Assembly: GCA_038128265.1 (NCBI GenBank)
Contig: JAYPJE010000042.1
Coordinates: forward strand, 1-38,237
Direction of reading: 5' to 3'
Length of the DNA: 38,237 nucleotides
From: Gemmatimonadota bacterium
GTDB lineage: Bacteria > Latescibacterota > UBA2968 > UBA8231
Part shown: positions 35,418 through 38,237 of the stretch, piece after piece
Numbering within the stretch: the stretch's first letter is position 1
Layout: each line of letters opens with the position of its first letter
Position numbers and translations under genes: made by a program
Notes under the pieces: generated by a model
Told to the model about the DNA's origin: nothing
The model's input: the letters and a program-made list of their open reading frames with translations, nothing else
The model's database searches: none

Positions 35418-37319
35418 ATGTCGATTGTAACGGGTAGCAACGTCGGGCGTTCCTACGGCGACTTCGACGTGTTTAAGAATGTCCAGTTCAGCATAGAACA
35501 CGGCGACCGGATTGGACTAGTGGGCCCCAACGGCGAGGGCAAGACGACGCTGCTGCGCCTGCTGGCCGGTGTCGATGAACCGACGGTGGGGGCAATACAC
35601 TACAAGAGCGGCTTGCGCGTGGGCTATCTGCCGCAGGATCCGCCGGCGCTGGCCGACAAGACGCTGTGGCAGTCCATGCTCGACGTCTTTGCCGATGTGC
35701 GCCAGATGGAAGCCGAGCTCAATGCGCTTTCTGCCGACCTGAGCGATGGGGAAACGCTCAAGCAGTACAGCGCGCTGCAGGTGGAGTTTGAGCGGCGCGA
35801 AGGCTACACCTATGAGACGCGCATTCGCACCGTGCTGAGCGGGTTGGGCTTTGTCGAGGAGGAATATGCGCAGCCCTTGGATCAGCTTAGCGGCGGGCAA
35901 AAGACGCGCTCGCTGCTGGCGCGCCTGCTGCTCGATGCGCCCGACTTGCTGCTGCTCGACGAGCCCACCAACCATCTAGACGTGTACGCCGTCGAGTGGC
36001 TAGAAAGTTTTTTGCAGACGTTTAAGGGCGCCCTAGTGGTCGTTTCGCACGATCGCTATTTCCTCGATGCGACTACCGGGCGAACCTGGGAGATGGCCTA
36101 CGGCGTTCTCGAGACCTACCGCGGCCACTATAGCCACTACGTTCGCCAGCGCGAGGAGCGCTACGCCTTTCGCCTCAAACAGTGGAACGAGCAGCGCGAA
36201 TACATCGAGAAGACAGAAGACTTTATTCGCCGCCACATCGCCGGTCAGCGCACGAAAGAGGCGCAGGGGCGCCGCACGCGGCTGCAGCGCTTTTTGCGCG
36301 ACGAGGCCATTGAAAAACCACAGCGCGCCGAGCAGATTCGCGTGCGGCTCAACCCGCCCAAGCGCAGCGGCGATATTGTGCTGAGCTTTTCCGACGTCGG
36401 CGTGGGGTATGACGAGCCGCTGGTCCGCGTCCCCGATATGGAACTGCGGCGCGGTATGCGCGTGGCGATTGTCGGTCCCAACGGCGCCGGCAAGACGACG
36501 CTGGTGCGCAGCATTCTCGGCGAACTGGACGTGCTAGAGGGTGAGGTCAAAAACGGTGCCAACGTCGAACTCGGTTATCTATCGCAGGCGCACGATTACT
36601 TTGATCCCCTGCAGGACGTGCTTGGCGCCGTGCGCCAAGTTAAACCACAGGTCCCCTCCGAACAGGTGCGCTCGCTGCTAGGCAGTTTCCTCTTTAAGGG
36701 CGACGACGTATTCAAGTGCATAGGCGAGCTAAGCGGCGGGCAGCGCAGCCGCGTTGCGCTGGCGCGTCTGGCCATGCTAGAAGTCAACGTGCTGGTGCTC
36801 GACGAGCCGACAAACCATCTCGACATCGCCTCGCAGGAAGTGCTTGAAGATGTGCTGCGGCACTTTGACGGCACCTTTCTCCTCGTTAGCCACGACCGCT
36901 ATTTGGTGCAGGCGTTGGCCACGCACGTATGGGCTCTTGAAGAGGGCGTGCTATACGTATTGGAAGGCGGCTGGCACCAGTATATGGCCTGGCGCAGCGC
37001 GCGCCAAGAGGCCGCTGCCGTCGCAGCGGGGGCCACGCGCCAGGACCATCGCGAGGCGCAGCGAGAAGCGCGGCGCGAGCGCAAGCAGCGCGAAAAAATG
37101 GAGGCGCGTCAGCGCGCAGTGGAGGGCGAGATCTCCGGTTTAGAAGAGCAGATGGAGGCCTTGAGCGCGGATATCGGCAAGGCGGGTGAAGAGCAGGACT
37201 TGGATGCGGTGCGGACGCTTGGAGAACAGTACGCCCAGTTGGAGGCTGCTTCGCAGGCGCTGTGGGAAGAGTGGGAGGAGTTAGCCAGTGCGCTGGAAGA
37301 AGAGACCCTGACCGCTTGA
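35418..37319 (+). CDS. ABC-F family ribosome-associated ATPase
   Basis: Two NBDs (GPNGEGKTT/LSGGQ/LDEPTNHLD; GPNGAGKTT/LSGGQ/LDEPTNHLD), interdomain linker and C-terminal coiled coil, no TM. Start at ATG 35418 after GAGGG. Confidence 0.95.
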   Translation: MSIVTGSNVGRSYGDFDVFKNVQFSIEHGDRIGLVGPNGEGKTTLLRLLAGVDEPTVGAIHYKSGLRVGYLPQDPPALADKTLWQSMLDVFADVRQMEAELNALSADLSDGETLKQYSALQVEFERREGYTYETRIRTVLSGLGFVEEEYAQPLDQLSGGQKTRSLLARLLLDAPDLLLLDEPTNHLDVYAVEWLESFLQTFKGALVVVSHDRYFLDATTGRTWEMAYGVLETYRGHYSHYVRQREERYAFRLKQWNEQREYIEKTEDFIRRHIAGQRTKEAQGRRTRLQRFLRDEAIEKPQRAEQIRVRLNPPKRSGDIVLSFSDVGVGYDEPLVRVPDMELRRGMRVAIVGPNGAGKTTLVRSILGELDVLEGEVKNGANVELGYLSQAHDYFDPLQDVLGAVRQVKPQVPSEQVRSLLGSFLFKGDDVFKCIGELSGGQRSRVALARLAMLEVNVLVLDEPTNHLDIASQEVLEDVLRHFDGTFLLVSHDRYLVQALATHVWALEEGVLYVLEGGWHQYMAWRSARQEAAAVAAGATRQDHREAQREARRERKQREKMEARQRAVEGEISGLEEQMEALSADIGKAGEEQDLDAVRTLGEQYAQLEAASQALWEEWEELASALEEETLTA

Positions 37320-37416
37320 TAGCGCTGCGTATGCGCGCAGCTATCGGTAGAGCCGAGATAGAATACGAAGGCATCTTGTACAACCACTTATAGATTGGCT
37401 AAATAGGAGAGTGCAT

Positions 37417-38237
37417 ATGGCTATTCCCACGCCTCGATCACTGAGCGCGCTGTGCCAAACGAGCCTGCCCCTTATGCTGCGTCATAGCAGCGGTAAGCGC
37501 ATGCTGTCACGCGTGGCCGATATCGTGGAGAGCGATCGTTGGAACTCCTTTGATCACTTTCATCGCACCACGGAAAAACTTGTGCGCTGCTACCGGGAAG
37601 CGGGCGCCGTTGCCGAAGTGGAAGCGCTGCAAACCGGTGGGCAGATTGGCAGCGGTCGCTGGATTATTCAGGAGGCTGCTGATGTGCGCAGCGCGACGGT
37701 TGACGTAGTGCATCCCTTTAAGGAGCGCGTGCTGGACTACGCGGAAAACCCCTGGCACGTCGTGCAGTGGAGCGCAGCCACGCCGGCTGGGGGCCTGCGC
37801 GCAGAGCTGGTCGTCCTGGATTCGCGCGAGGCCATCGAACGACTGCCGAAGGGACGGCTGCGCAACAAAATCGTCCTGACCAACGGCGATCCGCGCGCAC
37901 TTATGGAGCTGCTGGCGGATCGGGGCGCTGTAGGGGTTATCGGCGATCGTCCGGTGCCGAACTATCCGGACGCGCTGGCATGGACCAAGTTCGGCTGGGG
38001 TGCGATCCCGATGAGTCACGCCACCGCGCGTCTAGTTGGCTTTGTCCTCTCGCAGCGCCAGGGCGAAGCGCTGCGAAAAAAGGCGCAGAAATTTGGTTCG
38101 TTGGAGCTCTTGCTCACGGCCGATATACGCAAGTATGTCGGCCACCACGACGTGGTGAGCGGGATTGTGCGCGGCGCCGAGGATCCACAGGACGAAGTGT
38201 GGGCCATTGCCCACAGCGCCGAGCCGGGTGCGGCCGA
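37417..38237 (+). CDS. M28-family/DUF4910-like metallopeptidase with PA-like insert, 3'-truncated (absent from ORF track)
   Basis: AGGAG RBS and ATG 37417. My translation is open to the window end: MAIPTPRSL...WSAATPAGGLRAELV...GAVGVI...VVSGIVRGAEDPQDEVWAIAHSAEPGAA, where the last stretch matches the first Zn-binding region of M28 enzymes. Confidence 0.75.
   Translation, partial: MAIPTPRSLSALCQTSLPLMLRHSSGKRMLSRVADIVESDRWNSFDHFHRTTEKLVRCYREAGAVAEVEALQTGGQIGSGRWIIQEAADVRSATVDVVHPFKERVLDYAENPWHVVQWSAATPAGGLRAELVVLDSREAIERLPKGRLRNKIVLTNGDPRALMELLADRGAVGVIGDRPVPNYPDALAWTKFGWGAIPMSHATARLVGFVLSQRQGEALRKKAQKFGSLELLLTADIRKYVGHHDVVSGIVRGAEDPQDEVWAIAHSAEPGAA

Noticed and set aside
34878..35440. Long N-terminal extensions of the ABC-F (from 34878) and G1PDH (from 35440) ORFs, implying antisense overlap
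   Set aside because: Family-like sequence begins at ATG 35418 and ATG 35215 respectively; the extensions are open-frame artefacts of high GC.
35418..37319. ABC-F as the missing ATPase of the sugar importer, or as an antibiotic-resistance gene
   Set aside because: The twin-NBD DEPTNHLD architecture is a translation factor, not MalK-type. No evidence for an ARE subfamily and no clear leader peptide.
1..38237. Numerous alternative-frame and antisense ORFs of 60-340 aa; mobile elements, prophage or defence systems
   Set aside because: The shadow ORFs are Arg/Ala/Pro-rich, lack motifs and overlap well-supported genes. No transposase, integrase, phage, nuclease or toxin motifs were recognised.

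Overview
GC-rich bacterial chromosomal window with about 37 CDS and no recognisable rRNA, tRNA, CRISPR array, prophage or IS element. The gene mix (four PhyH-type Fe/2OG dioxygenases, two sulfatases, paired aldo/keto reductases, Gfo/Idh/MocA oxidoreductases and amidohydrolases, a DUF6785-type polytopic membrane protein) suggests a diderm organic-matter degrader such as Latescibacterota or Poribacteria; this taxonomy is inference only. Positions 1-19.2 kb form a catabolic region that could encode a non-phosphorylative pathway for sulfated or modified sugars, interrupted by ppiC, an orphan oxidase subunit III and a REC-adenylate cyclase. Positions 19.2-25.3 kb hold the most unusual modules: a translationally coupled trio (CX4CH cytochrome c lipoprotein, YceI, DUF5777 beta-barrel), zapA, a DUF2089 + SHOCT/DUF4097 pair behind a 12%-GC promoter island, and a 94-aa unknown protein whose promoter carries tandem SOS-box-like operators. 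Positions 25.3-38.2 kb encode a PAS histidine kinase, a beta-helix enzyme, a sugar ABC importer lacking an ATPase gene, an MFS transporter, an AraM/EgsA-type glycerol-1-phosphate dehydrogenase, an ABC-F ATPase and a truncated M28-like peptidase absent from the ORF track. All family calls come from motif recognition by eye, not database searches.
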